Shown here one piece after another: positions 48,526 through 58,059 of a DNA stretch of 64,000 nucleotides. The translations under genes were made by a program, and so were the position numbers. Under the pieces are notes generated by a model. The model did no database searches, had not been told where the DNA came from, and worked only from the letters and a program-made list of their open reading frames with translations. The stretch is from an uncultured Gammaproteobacteria bacterium. GTDB lineage: Bacteria > Patescibacteriota > Patescibacteriia > UBA11705 > JABHMO01. Location of the stretch: assembly GCA_964584985.1 (NCBI GenBank), contig CAZPBK010000001.1, forward strand, positions 60,742 through 124,741. Direction: 5' to 3'. The first letter of the stretch is position 1. Every line of letters begins with the position of its first letter.

Positions 48526-49679
48526 AAATCTATATATATTTTTTCCAACTGATCAATGATCACCGACCAGCGATATTTTTTTTCAACGGTCTTAGCTCCG
48601 GTGGAACCAAACAATTTGATTTTTTTTGGATTTGCCACCAAATAACCGATCTTATTGGCAATATCTCGACTGTTGCCCGGCTCCATTAAAAGACCGTTTA
48701 TTCCCGGATCCACAACAGCTCTGACACCCTTTAAATTAGAAGCCAAAACAGGCTTACCACAAGCCATGGCCTCTACCAAAACAATACCAAAAGCTTCCGA
48801 GCTATTTATGGAGGGCAGAATAAACATATCTGATAAGTTATAATAATCCACTTTTACTTTATCAGGGATATAACCGGTAAAAATTACGCGATCATTAACC
48901 TTAAGATCATTAGCCATTTTTTGGTAATCTTTTTTCAAACGACCCCGCCCGACTATTAAGGCTTTTACCTTTTTGTCGTCAATCAGGGAAATTGCTTTAA
49001 TTAAAAAATTCACCCCCTTAAAATAATGATTTTGCCCCAGTCCGCCCAAAAACATTACTATTTTGTCATCTTGGTCAAAACCATACTTTTTCAAAAGAGC
49101 AATATTCTTTTCTTTGGGATTAAATCTTCTGGGCGCACCAAACGGCAATTCAACAAATTTTCCCAAATTTTGAAAATAATATTTTTGCACATTGGAAGCT
49201 TCAATATAATCAAAAGAGGAAACAATGATCTTATCAGCCATCTTTAAAAGTTGCTTCAAGAATATTCTTCTGGTAATTTTTTCATAAACGCCTTTCCAGC
49301 CTTTTAAATGCACATCCTGGTGGTAACTGACCACCAGCTTAATCTTGTCTTTTTTTAATCGTTTAAGCAAACAAACAAAAAAAGCACTACCAAAAAGCGG
49401 ATGATGATAATGAACAATATCATACTTCCATAATCGCCATATTAACTGTGGCATAACCGCTCCGAGTCCGGAGCGCAACCAAGGAATCAGTTTTTTTATT
49501 TTGTATTGTCTATCGCCAAAATCAACCCCAGCTTTTGGCAATAAAACAGTTACCTCATGCCCTCTTTTGGCCAATTGTTCAGCATAAGAATGCGCCACCA
49601 TGCCCAGTCCCCCGGCCTGAGGCGGTAACATGCAAACCACCTGAGCTATTTTTAATTTTTTTTCCTGTTTATTATTCAT
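48519..49679 (-). CDS. glycosyltransferase family 4
   Basis: KG, EAFGIVLVEAMACGKPV. Confidence 0.92.
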   Translation of the reverse strand: MNNKQEKKLKIAQVVCMLPPQAGGLGMVAHSYAEQLAKRGHEVTVLLPKAGVDFGDRQYKIKKLIPWLRSGLGAVMPQLIWRLWKYDIVHYHHPLFGSAFFVCLLKRLKKDKIKLVVSYHQDVHLKGWKGVYEKITRRIFLKQLLKMADKIIVSSFDYIEASNVQKYYFQNLGKFVELPFGAPRRFNPKEKNIALLKKYGFDQDDKIVMFLGGLGQNHYFKGVNFLIKAISLIDDKKVKALIVGRGRLKKDYQKMANDLKVNDRVIFTGYIPDKVKVDYYNLSDMFILPSINSSEAFGIVLVEAMACGKPVLASNLKGVRAVVDPGINGLLMEPGNSRDIANKIGYLVANPKKIKLFGSTGAKTVEKKYRWSVIIDQLEKIYIDLC

Positions 49680-50253
49680 TTGTTGCCTGGTCTTCCTTTT
49701 TTTCTTGATTAAAACTTGTTGGATTTAAAATTTCTTTGTTTTTCTCCTTATTTTGGGTGACAAACAAAGGCTCGCAAGTGGATATTAAATCATCGGATAA
49801 TACCGTACAAGTATTTACATAATTAACCGGTTCCAAATCAACCTCTTCTTCTCCCAAAAACTGTTCCTCATGATAATTTTGAACTATGCATTCTCCTTTA
49901 TCATTGGAACGCAAAACCCTAACCAAGGAATAGGAAACAGTTTTTTCTTTTGTCTGAGCCAAATCGTCAACCAATAAGATATTTCGTCTCTGACAATTGT
50001 CAAAAGATTCCTTAAAACATTTTTTTACTTTAGAATTACTTTTTCCGGCAACCAACTCTCCGTTTTTATCTTGACTTTCATACCAAATTCCGCAAGTTTT
50101 TTCTTGCGCATTATAAAAATGCTCCACCGGCATAGCTACTGCATAACGAAAAGATCTTTTTAATTGCATTTGCGAATTGGGATAAACAAACTTGAAAAAG
50201 GCCAATACGGCCACAATTACCACCAATACGGCTAACCAAATTGCTTTTTTCAT
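49672..50253 (-). CDS. membrane-anchored Cys-rich hypothetical protein
   Basis: N-terminal TM then six Cys; start uncertain (50253 or 50271). Confidence 0.6.
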   Translation of the reverse strand: MKKAIWLAVLVVIVAVLAFFKFVYPNSQMQLKRSFRYAVAMPVEHFYNAQEKTCGIWYESQDKNGELVAGKSNSKVKKCFKESFDNCQRRNILLVDDLAQTKEKTVSYSLVRVLRSNDKGECIVQNYHEEQFLGEEEVDLEPVNYVNTCTVLSDDLISTCEPLFVTQNKEKNKEILNPTSFNQEKKEDQATNE

Positions 50254-50264
50254 ATTTTTTGATT

Positions 50265-51329
50265 CTACCATCTTATTATTAACTTTATTATTTTGTAATA
50301 CCCCCACATTAAGGGATTAATAATTTTATTTAAAATAATGTTTTCTATTTCTTGAAATTTTATTTCCTTAACCATGTCCGGTAAAACTTGACTGTCTTTT
50401 TTTTCTCTTAAATTTTTAATTTGTTTTTTTGCTCTATGTATTTTTTTCCAGGTGGATGGTCTTAAAAAATAACCTTTTATTCTTAACTTTTGCCACAACC
50501 AACCTCCGAACAAAGAATAAACAATCATTCCCAGTTCCAGAAATATCACTATGGGCAAAAGCAGTAACACCGTTGCAAGCTTATAATATGTAAACAAAGC
50601 CAAATAACGATTACGCTCCATATAGTAAATCATGCGCACACTGCGAGAAAACTCATACTTATGATAAACTACTGATTTATCGGCCAAATAAACTTCATAT
50701 CCGGCCAATTTAGCTCGCCAGCCCATTTCTAGATCATCATGATACATAAAATATTCCTCATTGTACAGACCGATTTTATCCACGACTTTTCTGTCGGTAA
50801 TATAAGAACAACCACTGGCATAACCTTTTATTCGGCTAATTTCGGGACGATCCGCCGAATCTGATTTTTTATAACCGCGAGTAAAACCAAAACCCAAATA
50901 ATGCAGTTCATTGCCCAAAGAGTTAATTTTCGCCTTGTTAAAATTACCGTCTTCAGGATAAAGTAAAATCTTTGATTGAACCATCCCCGGATTTTTCGCA
51001 CCCTCAAAAGCCTTAACTAAATTCTCCAACCAAAATCGATCAAATCGCGTATCCATATTGGCAATCACATATAGATCAATCCCCTGTTCCCGCGCTTTTT
51101 TTATTCCCGCGTTATTAGCCGCCGCATAATTACCGTCTTTTCTGGGAATAATTTCCGCTTCCGGATATTTTTGCTTTAAATATTTTTCAGAATCTTCAGA
51201 GCTGGCATTGTCCACAATAAAAACCTTGAAATCTTTATAACTTTGTTCTTGCAAACTTTGCCGGCATTCACTTAAAAACTTTTTGGCATAATCCTTATAA
51301 TTAACTAAAATAACCGCTGTTTTTTTCAT
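50265..51329 (-). CDS. glycosyltransferase family 2
   Basis: VDNASS, ANNAG, NMD, YFMYHDD, ERNR. Confidence 0.9.
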   Translation of the reverse strand: MKKTAVILVNYKDYAKKFLSECRQSLQEQSYKDFKVFIVDNASSEDSEKYLKQKYPEAEIIPRKDGNYAAANNAGIKKAREQGIDLYVIANMDTRFDRFWLENLVKAFEGAKNPGMVQSKILLYPEDGNFNKAKINSLGNELHYLGFGFTRGYKKSDSADRPEISRIKGYASGCSYITDRKVVDKIGLYNEEYFMYHDDLEMGWRAKLAGYEVYLADKSVVYHKYEFSRSVRMIYYMERNRYLALFTYYKLATVLLLLPIVIFLELGMIVYSLFGGWLWQKLRIKGYFLRPSTWKKIHRAKKQIKNLREKKDSQVLPDMVKEIKFQEIENIILNKIINPLMWGYYKIIKLIIRW

Positions 51330-51332
51330 AAA

Positions 51333-51677
51333 CTAATTTTCTCCTTGATTTTTTTTAGTGGAATCAACCGCGATTTTCCCGACCAATTCAGTCATTTTTT
51401 CTTCTATTTTATTTAATTTTAAATTCAAACGAAAACCGGCGTAAAACAAGATAATCACTGCTAAATAAATAATCAAATCTACTCCCCGACCCACTCCTAT
51501 CATGTTGGCCACATAACTCACGCTCATGGGAAAAATATCAATCAATGCCACAATTAGCCAAAGTAATGTCCAAAATCCAAACAACCAAACTGAAATTTGT
51601 TTTTGCTTAAGTTTAACCGCTGCCCTGAAAATAACAAAAGCGATAAACAACAATATCAAAACTTGAAAAACAGACAT
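51333..51677 (-). CDS. DUF2304 family membrane protein
   Basis: GVGRGVDL motif, 3 TMs, immediately downstream of a DPM1-like GT2. Confidence 0.85.
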   Translation of the reverse strand: MSVFQVLILLFIAFVIFRAAVKLKQKQISVWLFGFWTLLWLIVALIDIFPMSVSYVANMIGVGRGVDLIIYLAVIILFYAGFRLNLKLNKIEEKMTELVGKIAVDSTKKNQGEN

Positions 51678-51679
51678 AG

Positions 51680-52342
51680 CTAATTTAATAATTTATTAAT
51701 CATCATTTTCCAGCCCATACTTATTTTCGGTTTAACTTTTTTGTTAGTTGCATACTCATCATAATTAACCACAATGGAAACCTCGGTGCAATTTAAGTTT
51801 TTCTTTTTTATATTCTGCATTATTTCACTACAATGCATAAAATCATTTTTTCGCCAATATAAATCCTTATAAACTCGAGTTCGAAAAGCTCTTAACCCAC
51901 TTTGCGGATCACTGAATTGCAGATCCAACACCTTTTTGGAAAAAATCCGAGCCAAGCCTAAAATTATCTTCTTTTTCCCCGGCAGATCGCTTTTTTTCTG
52001 CAAAAACCTGGAGCCGATCACTACTTCAGATCCGGCCTTAAGTTGATTAACCAGTTTTTCAATATCTTTAACTCTATGCTGTCCGTCGGCGTCAAAATGT
52101 ACCACAAAATCATAACCGGCGCCAACGGCAAACTCACTACCTGTTCTAAGCGCCGCCCCCTGTCCCAAATTGACCAAATGTCTGGTTCGATAAATCGGCA
52201 AATCACCCAAATTTTTCCAAGTTGCGTCTCTGCTACCATCATCCACCACCAAAACATCATAACCGTTTTGACAAAGATCTTTAACCGTGACAAATATTCT
52301 TTTTTGTTCATTATAAGCGGGAATCACCACCAAAGTTTTCAT
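51680..52342 (-). CDS. DPM1-like glycosyltransferase family 2
   Basis: IPAYNE, VDDGS, NLGQGAAL, DADGQH, DPQSGLR. Confidence 0.9.
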   Translation of the reverse strand: MKTLVVIPAYNEQKRIFVTVKDLCQNGYDVLVVDDGSRDATWKNLGDLPIYRTRHLVNLGQGAALRTGSEFAVGAGYDFVVHFDADGQHRVKDIEKLVNQLKAGSEVVIGSRFLQKKSDLPGKKKIILGLARIFSKKVLDLQFSDPQSGLRAFRTRVYKDLYWRKNDFMHCSEIMQNIKKKNLNCTEVSIVVNYDEYATNKKVKPKISMGWKMMINKLLN

Positions 52343-52343
52343 A

Positions 52344-53348
52344 TTAAATATCTGTACTAAAAGTTAAAAGATTTTTATGTGCTTTGGTAAAATCAATGGT
52401 TTTTTGCAAACCGTCTTCCAGAGTCACCACCGGAATCCACCCGAGATCCTCTTTGATTTTGGTAATGTCCGGCAAGGCCAACTCCCTCATAAAAAGCTCT
52501 TTTTCAGCTGTCTTTATCTCAGACTTGGAATTAGTCAAATCTATGATTTTTTCAGCAATATCACCTATTTTATAAACATCCGTACTCCCCACATTCACCG
52601 GCTCTTTAATATCGGATCTCATTACTTTTAAGCATCCTTCCACCGCATCGCTGACATAACATAGAGAAGTGGTGAAATCCTTGGTACCATAGATTGTTAA
52701 ATTCTTATTTTCCAGAGCGTTGATAATAAAATCCGGTATCATTTGCCCATCATCCAAAAGCATTTTTGGCCCATAAGTTCTAAAAAATCTGATCGTACGC
52801 ACTTCCAAACCCTTGATTTCAGCATAAGTTCTGACCACTGTTTCGGCATATCTTTTTCCTTCATCATAACAGGCTCTGGGATCATCCAAGCGAGAAATGC
52901 CTTGAAAATCTTCTTTCACAAATTCGTCTTTGGGGGTTTCTCCGTACACCACCGAAGAAGAAGCCTGTAAAAATCTGGCTTGATATTTAACCGCTATATC
53001 CAAAGCATTAATCAAGCCCAAAGTCTGGGTCCTAACCGTATCCAATTTTAATTTTTCAAAATTTTTAACCGAAGTGGGACAAGCTAAATTATAAACCTCT
53101 TGAATCCCAAAAACTTTTAATTGTAAAGAAGCCAGCTCCTTGTTGTTTTCCAAATTTAATTTTTCGGTTATATCAGCTTTGATAAACTTAAAATTAGGTG
53201 CTCTTAACAAATGATTAATATTATTTTCCGAACTGGTGACAAAGTTGTCCACACAGATAACATTAGATTCGGAAAGCAATCTTTCACATAAATGCGCACC
53301 GATAAAACCGGCTCCGCCGATCACTAAAATATTTTTTTTATTGTCCAT
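52344..53348 (-). CDS. NAD-dependent epimerase/dehydratase (UDP-glucuronate decarboxylase-like paralog)
   Basis: GGAGFIG, LACPTS, YDEGKR, TYGP. Confidence 0.85.
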   Translation of the reverse strand: MDNKKNILVIGGAGFIGAHLCERLLSESNVICVDNFVTSSENNINHLLRAPNFKFIKADITEKLNLENNKELASLQLKVFGIQEVYNLACPTSVKNFEKLKLDTVRTQTLGLINALDIAVKYQARFLQASSSVVYGETPKDEFVKEDFQGISRLDDPRACYDEGKRYAETVVRTYAEIKGLEVRTIRFFRTYGPKMLLDDGQMIPDFIINALENKNLTIYGTKDFTTSLCYVSDAVEGCLKVMRSDIKEPVNVGSTDVYKIGDIAEKIIDLTNSKSEIKTAEKELFMRELALPDITKIKEDLGWIPVVTLEDGLQKTIDFTKAHKNLLTFSTDI

Positions 53349-53412
53349 AAGGCAAAAAATTAATTTTTAGGCTTATTTTATACTCTTATTTTAACTTTTT
53401 TTATAAATAAAA

Positions 53413-53610
53413 TCAAACCTGAGATTTATATTCCCCTTCTTCCAAAATCAACCAAAGGATTCCGCTGATAACCGCCAAAACCACCAACCAACCAAAATCA
53501 AAGTAATATCTGATAAAACCGTCTTGAATATTGTCAATCAAATAAAAAAGTCCCAAAAAGATTAAATCTATCCAAAAAAATTCCTTAAAAAAAATTCTTA
53601 AATACTGCAT
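53413..53610 (-). CDS. small membrane protein
   Basis: 65 aa, two TMs, same strand as neighbours. Confidence 0.55.
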   Translation of the reverse strand: MQYLRIFFKEFFWIDLIFLGLFYLIDNIQDGFIRYYFDFGWLVVLAVISGILWLILEEGEYKSQV

Positions 53611-53644
53611 ATTTTAATACTTGTTTTTTACAATTATCCCCGGT

Positions 53645-54904
53645 TTATTCAAATTCAATCTTAATACGGTTAATCTTAAACTTTTGTTCATCCAAACGGG
53701 CAAAAGGCACCCAAAAACTAAAAATAAAACGATCAAAATCTCCATAAGAGTAATAGTTTTTCGGAGACAATAAAAATTCCAAACTCTTAGTTTGCCAATC
53801 ATCTGAATTTTCATTGTTAACTTGAGCGTTCTCTTTCTTGTCCTGAAAACTGAAATGATCAAACGGTTTAAAAGAAATAAAACCGTTGGTACGCATTTTT
53901 AAATCTCCAATTTTTGAATAAACCTTTACCGGCTTGGAATAATCACGCAAATCAGCGGTTTTATATTTTAAAATCTCGTTTAATTGAAATTCTTGACTAT
54001 TTAATAAAATGGTTTGCTTGCTTTCCCTGTGCGGAGTAAAAAAACTCAAATAATCGGCTTGAACCCAAAATTCGGAGTATTCTTTTTTCTTTAATTGCGG
54101 ATAATGGATCGAAAGATCTTCGGTCAAGAATATCTTGTCGGAAAACAAAACAACCGGGGAATTTATTTTTATACTGTTGGTCACAACATCTTCACCCGCT
54201 TTCCAACTTAATTTATACCAACCTTTTTGACCCAAAAATTCTTGAACACCAAAATTGCTCAAAAAATTTAATTGGCCGTTCCCCTCGGCAACACCATCGT
54301 CTTTAATTATTTCATGGTAAATCTGCGTCTCCCGATCAAAAATCTCTAACTCTACAGGATCGGCTCCGGCATGACGATTTATATCAAAATGCTCAATCTC
54401 TAAATCCAGTAAATCTTTATCAGCCCAAAAATAAAACTCAAAAGAACCGCGCAATCGAATGTTTATATCGGTTGATTTTTGTTGATCTTTTTTTACGCTC
54501 GGCAATCGCTTATTTAACATGCTCCGGGGATCTGACAAAACTCGCCAATCATATTCTCCGGTACTTGGGTTTTCCAATTTACCCAATTCAATCGGCTGAC
54601 CTGATTTATTTTTATATTCAATACTAACCCGACCTCGGGTGAAATTATTTTTAACTTTTACTTCAAAATGCACCGGATAACCGCGTACCGCCTGATAATT
54701 TCGCCCGGTTTCATCTTTTTGCGGCAAAACCAGACTTTCATTGGGATAAAGCCGGGAAATAAAACGATTGTCACGGACAAAATCATAACTATGCTCCCAC
54801 GGTGTTAAAACAGCCAGATTCTTATCAATAATAAACACACTCAACCCCAAAAAGCCTGAAAAAATCACAATAGTTGTTAACCATTTAAAAGTTTTAATCT
54901 TCAT
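53645..54904 (-). CDS. membrane-anchored hypothetical protein
   Basis: N-terminal TM; 419 aa; overlaps the upstream GT-C stop. Confidence 0.7.
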   Translation of the reverse strand: MKIKTFKWLTTIVIFSGFLGLSVFIIDKNLAVLTPWEHSYDFVRDNRFISRLYPNESLVLPQKDETGRNYQAVRGYPVHFEVKVKNNFTRGRVSIEYKNKSGQPIELGKLENPSTGEYDWRVLSDPRSMLNKRLPSVKKDQQKSTDINIRLRGSFEFYFWADKDLLDLEIEHFDINRHAGADPVELEIFDRETQIYHEIIKDDGVAEGNGQLNFLSNFGVQEFLGQKGWYKLSWKAGEDVVTNSIKINSPVVLFSDKIFLTEDLSIHYPQLKKKEYSEFWVQADYLSFFTPHRESKQTILLNSQEFQLNEILKYKTADLRDYSKPVKVYSKIGDLKMRTNGFISFKPFDHFSFQDKKENAQVNNENSDDWQTKSLEFLLSPKNYYSYGDFDRFIFSFWVPFARLDEQKFKINRIKIEFE

Positions 54905-56594
54905 TATTTAATTCAATTAGTTTGTATAAATTTTCAGTTCCGCTAATATGACAAACATATTCCAAGCTAAGGTTTAGCTCAGTCAATTTGCCTTCGGAAA
55001 AAGCGATCACTTCATCAATCGGTCGCTCACTGTAATAATAACCTTGAAATTTGGTTTGCGGTATCTTTTGTAAGGCCTGAAAATGCTTGGTGCTATTCAG
55101 TTGTCTTATGATTTTATATTCATCGTCAAAAACCTTATCCGCCCAATTGGGAACAATTAAAATACTTGCATTCACCGGCGCTCTTTTTTTCACCAGCTCC
55201 AAACGCTCGGCATATCCGTCCAGAGTTTTTTCCACTTGCAACATACCCAGTTTTTTTTCAAAAAATGTTAAATACCCAGAAAAGGTTAAAAACAAAATTA
55301 AATACAAAGCAATAAACGATTTTTTATATTTCCCCAAACTCTTGGCCATAAAATTCAAGCCGATCACCGCAAAGGGCAAGCCGAAAATATAAATCGGTAA
55401 AAAATAACGCACATAAGAAATATCCAAGGTCGGTTTGGCCAAATCATAATTGCTATGATAAAGCCACAGCCACCAACTGCCGTAATAAACAAAAACCGCG
55501 ACCGAACTTAAACAATAGGTTAGCAAATAAAATTTTTCCGAGCGTTTTATTTTTTTTTTCATCAAATCAATAAACTTTTTGGCCAGACCTAAAAACAGAG
55601 GGATGGAAATCCACCAAAAAATCAGCAAAATAAATTTATAAAAATTCTCCATCAGTCTTTTTTCTTTAAAACCAAAAGGTGCGATAAAAGCCCGAGTTAA
55701 ATCCCAAACATTGTTATTTTTTTTAACCACCAAGGCTTGTTTGTTTTTATCATAATCGCGATCCGCTTGACTAATATCAATCAATTCAACTCGGTCGCCG
55801 TCGTCATTGTCCAATTTAGAGTAACCGGTGGTAAAAGATGAACCGTACAGAGTTTTATTCACCTCCAATACGGGCAAAGCCAAAACAATCATTAAAATCA
55901 AACCTACAGACAAATAAGACCATTTTATTTTTTTTCTTTGCCAAATAATCAAGCCCAGGACCATGACAGCGATCCACAAAAGCTCACTTGGACGCATCAA
56001 TACGGCCAAAGCCAAGCAAAAAGCCGACAAAACATAAAATAACAGTTTGCTTTTTTCATTTTCAAAAATTTTCACCCAAAAATATACAGCCAAAATCACC
56101 AAACTCAAAACCGGGATATTATTCATCATTCCCCTGTTGGAATAATAAAGAAAGACCGGATGCAAAGCCATTAAAAACCCGGAAAACAAGGCGATTTTTG
56201 GGCTGAAAAATCTTTTAATCAATCCGTAAAACGCCATCACGGCCAAAACTGCCAAAAGCGGAGTAAGATATTCAATTAAACTCAAGCCGATAATTTTTCC
56301 GATTAAACCGTAGACCATGATCATTCCGACAAAGCCCTGAGGTACCAACCGCCCATGAGAATTAACATTAAAACTGCGGCCCTGAATCTGCTTTTCCAAC
56401 TCCAAATTCAAAGGTTCGTCAATGGCGATTTGTCCCGTTTGGACATAATTTTTTATAAAAATAAAATTCGCGGTTTCATCCGGTGAATTGTAAATCTGAT
56501 CCGAGGTTAAAGCCAAAAAACTATATAAAATAAAGCAAAGCACCAAAAAAGCGCCCGCCAAAACAGGGAAATATTTTTTCAGATTTTTACTCAT
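54894..56594 (-). CDS. GT-C glycosyltransferase (PMT/ArnT, GT39-like)
   Basis: NSPDE acidic loop after TM1, many TMs, LMRP, RYFLP. Confidence 0.8.
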   Translation of the reverse strand: MSKNLKKYFPVLAGAFLVLCFILYSFLALTSDQIYNSPDETANFIFIKNYVQTGQIAIDEPLNLELEKQIQGRSFNVNSHGRLVPQGFVGMIMVYGLIGKIIGLSLIEYLTPLLAVLAVMAFYGLIKRFFSPKIALFSGFLMALHPVFLYYSNRGMMNNIPVLSLVILAVYFWVKIFENEKSKLLFYVLSAFCLALAVLMRPSELLWIAVMVLGLIIWQRKKIKWSYLSVGLILMIVLALPVLEVNKTLYGSSFTTGYSKLDNDDGDRVELIDISQADRDYDKNKQALVVKKNNNVWDLTRAFIAPFGFKEKRLMENFYKFILLIFWWISIPLFLGLAKKFIDLMKKKIKRSEKFYLLTYCLSSVAVFVYYGSWWLWLYHSNYDLAKPTLDISYVRYFLPIYIFGLPFAVIGLNFMAKSLGKYKKSFIALYLILFLTFSGYLTFFEKKLGMLQVEKTLDGYAERLELVKKRAPVNASILIVPNWADKVFDDEYKIIRQLNSTKHFQALQKIPQTKFQGYYYSERPIDEVIAFSEGKLTELNLSLEYVCHISGTENLYKLIELNNED

Positions 56595-56629
56595 AGCCTA
56601 ATTATTATACACTATTTGCCTGTTTTTAC

Positions 56630-56658
56630 AAAAAAATTCGGCCGCTCGGCGACCGAAT
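56630..56658 (-). terminator. intrinsic terminator of the 56682-56966 gene
   Basis: ATTCGGCCGC-tcg-GCGACCGAAT with T-run on the minus strand. Confidence 0.7.
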
Positions 56659-56681
56659 GTATGTTTTGAATTCCTTGTTGA

Positions 56682-56966
56682 TCAAAGCTTAATCAGAATC
56701 CTGCCCGGCTCATCATTTCCGTTACTCCAACGACCATTTTTAAAGCGAAACCCCAACTGTCGCATACGCTTGGACGGAACCGCTCTTTGCCCCCTTGGAG
56801 TGGTGTAAGTGCCCACGCGCCGGGTTCTCCCCAAAAAAAGAATCAATTCTTCTTGCTCCGAAATTTCACTCGGCTCTACTCGGCTACCGGATTTTGATTC
56901 CACCACTACGGCCGGATCCTGGCGACGAGCCACGGCAAGAACAGGAGTTGTCTCCATACCTTTCAT
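56682..56966 (-). CDS. orphan hypothetical protein
   Basis: SD AAGGAGG, near-consensus promoter and terminator. Confidence 0.65.
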   Translation of the reverse strand: MKGMETTPVLAVARRQDPAVVVESKSGSRVEPSEISEQEELILFLGRTRRVGTYTTPRGQRAVPSKRMRQLGFRFKNGRWSNGNDEPGRILIKL

Positions 56967-57000
56967 TTGTCCTCCTTGGTTTTAGTTAAAAAGTATAATT

Positions 57001-57029
57001 ATTATAGCGAATTAGCCAATTTCAGTCAA
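57001..57029 (-). promoter_or_regulatory. sigma70-type promoter
   Basis: TTGACT-N17-TATAAT. Confidence 0.75.
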
Positions 57030-57207
57030 GCAAGAACAAAAGACTCCTTATTTTTATTAAACAGATTAATTCAACATAAATCAACTGACAAATCTATACT
57101 TAGCCCTAATTACCTTTACCTGTTTTTTGTTATTTTGACCTCTATCGCCTCATTTATGTGCTATTCACCAACGCTCCAAAACAAGAACACTAAATTTGTT
57201 CAAGACT

Positions 57208-57240
57208 AAAAAAAGCGTTAGCAATGAAGCAAACGCTTTT
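57208..57240 (-). terminator. intrinsic terminator
   Basis: AAAAGCGTTAGC...GCAAACGCTTTT. Confidence 0.65.
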
Positions 57241-57257
57241 AATTTTTTTATTTCTTC

Positions 57258-57554
57258 TTACCCTTGCCGCCGGTCATTCTTTCGCTTCCCCCATTTCAGG
57301 AACAAGGCAATGCCCAGCAACAAAAACACAAACATCACCAAATAGACTGCCAACAGATGCTTAGCCGTCAACACAAAACCCAAAAAAAGGCTAAGCCCTA
57401 TCGCGACCAAACAGCCGATAATCACAAAAGCTACGGCAAAAGGCCAAAAAGAAAACAAAGCAATTCCAAACCCGATAATAGTCGCCAGTACGAGTCCGTT
57501 ATGAACGGCTTTACTCGTATTTCGCCCTTGTTTGTTTCCGTCCAAATCTTTCAT
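57258..57554 (-). CDS. orphan small membrane protein
   Basis: hydrophobic 98 aa; SD AAAGGAGG. Confidence 0.7.
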   Translation of the reverse strand: MKDLDGNKQGRNTSKAVHNGLVLATIIGFGIALFSFWPFAVAFVIIGCLVAIGLSLFLGFVLTAKHLLAVYLVMFVFLLLGIALFLKWGKRKNDRRQG

Positions 57555-57591
57555 ATTGACCTCCTTTTAGCAATGAACAAATTGACCTTGA

Positions 57592-57620
57592 ATTATAGCA
57601 GATTAAGAAAATATTGTCAA
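57592..57620 (-). promoter_or_regulatory. consensus sigma70 promoter
   Basis: TTGACA-N17-TATAAT with extended -10 TG. Confidence 0.8.
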
Positions 57621-57624
57621 TATC

Positions 57625-57652
57625 AAAAAATCGGCTAATGGCCGATTTTTTT
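57625..57652 (-). terminator. terminator after rpmG
   Basis: AAAAAATCGGC-taatg-GCCGATTTTTT. Confidence 0.75.
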
Positions 57653-57661
57653 GCAATAACT

Positions 57662-57817
57662 TTATTTTGTTTCTTTATGCGGAGTATGCTTTTTACATTT
57701 TTTACAGTACTTTTTCAACTCTAGCTTTTCTTTAATGGATTTTTTGTTTCTGCGAGAAAAATAGTTTATATTTCCGCATTCTTTGCATTGCAACTTAATT
57801 AAATGTGTTTGTGACAT
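57662..57817 (-). CDS. rpmG: 50S ribosomal protein L33 (Zn-binding form)
   Basis: [19 protein letters not shown]...[21 protein letters not shown]. Confidence 0.95.
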   Translation of the reverse strand: MSQTHLIKLQCKECGNINYFSRRNKKSIKEKLELKKYCKKCKKHTPHKETK

Positions 57818-57879
57818 ATAATAAAATTTATTGTTTAAAATCAATCTCAGCCGAATTTTCAGAAAAACACAGCTGAGAA

Positions 57880-57955
57880 TGGAGCCAACGGAGGGATTCG
57901 AACCCACGACCGATGGTTTACAAAACCACTGCTCTACCAACTGAGCTACGTTGGC
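57880..57955 (-). tRNA. tRNA-Thr (TGT)
   Basis: GCCAACG...GTGGT-TT-TGT-AA-ACCAT...GGTTCGAATCC...CGTTGGC-T-CCA. Confidence 0.96.
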
Positions 57956-58007
57956 AAAAAGGTGTTGGCATTATAGCATAATCAGTAAATAATGCAAGAG
58001 TTTGAAT

Positions 58008-58036
58008 AAAAAAAAGACAAAGCCGTTGCTTTGTCT
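58008..58036 (-). terminator. intrinsic terminator
   Basis: AGACAAAGC-cgtt-GCTTTGTCT with an A/T run. Confidence 0.7.
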
Positions 58037-58059
58037 CATTTTATTACTTTTTGTCCCTC

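Noticed and set aside
57030-57207. About 180-bp intergenic stretch and ORF 56967..57209
   Set aside because: The ORF overlaps the promoter of the opposite gene and has no recognisable features; no convincing RNA structure seen.
57662-57940. 92-aa version of L33 in the ORF track
   Set aside because: The extension runs through tRNA-Thr; the true start is the ATG at 57817.
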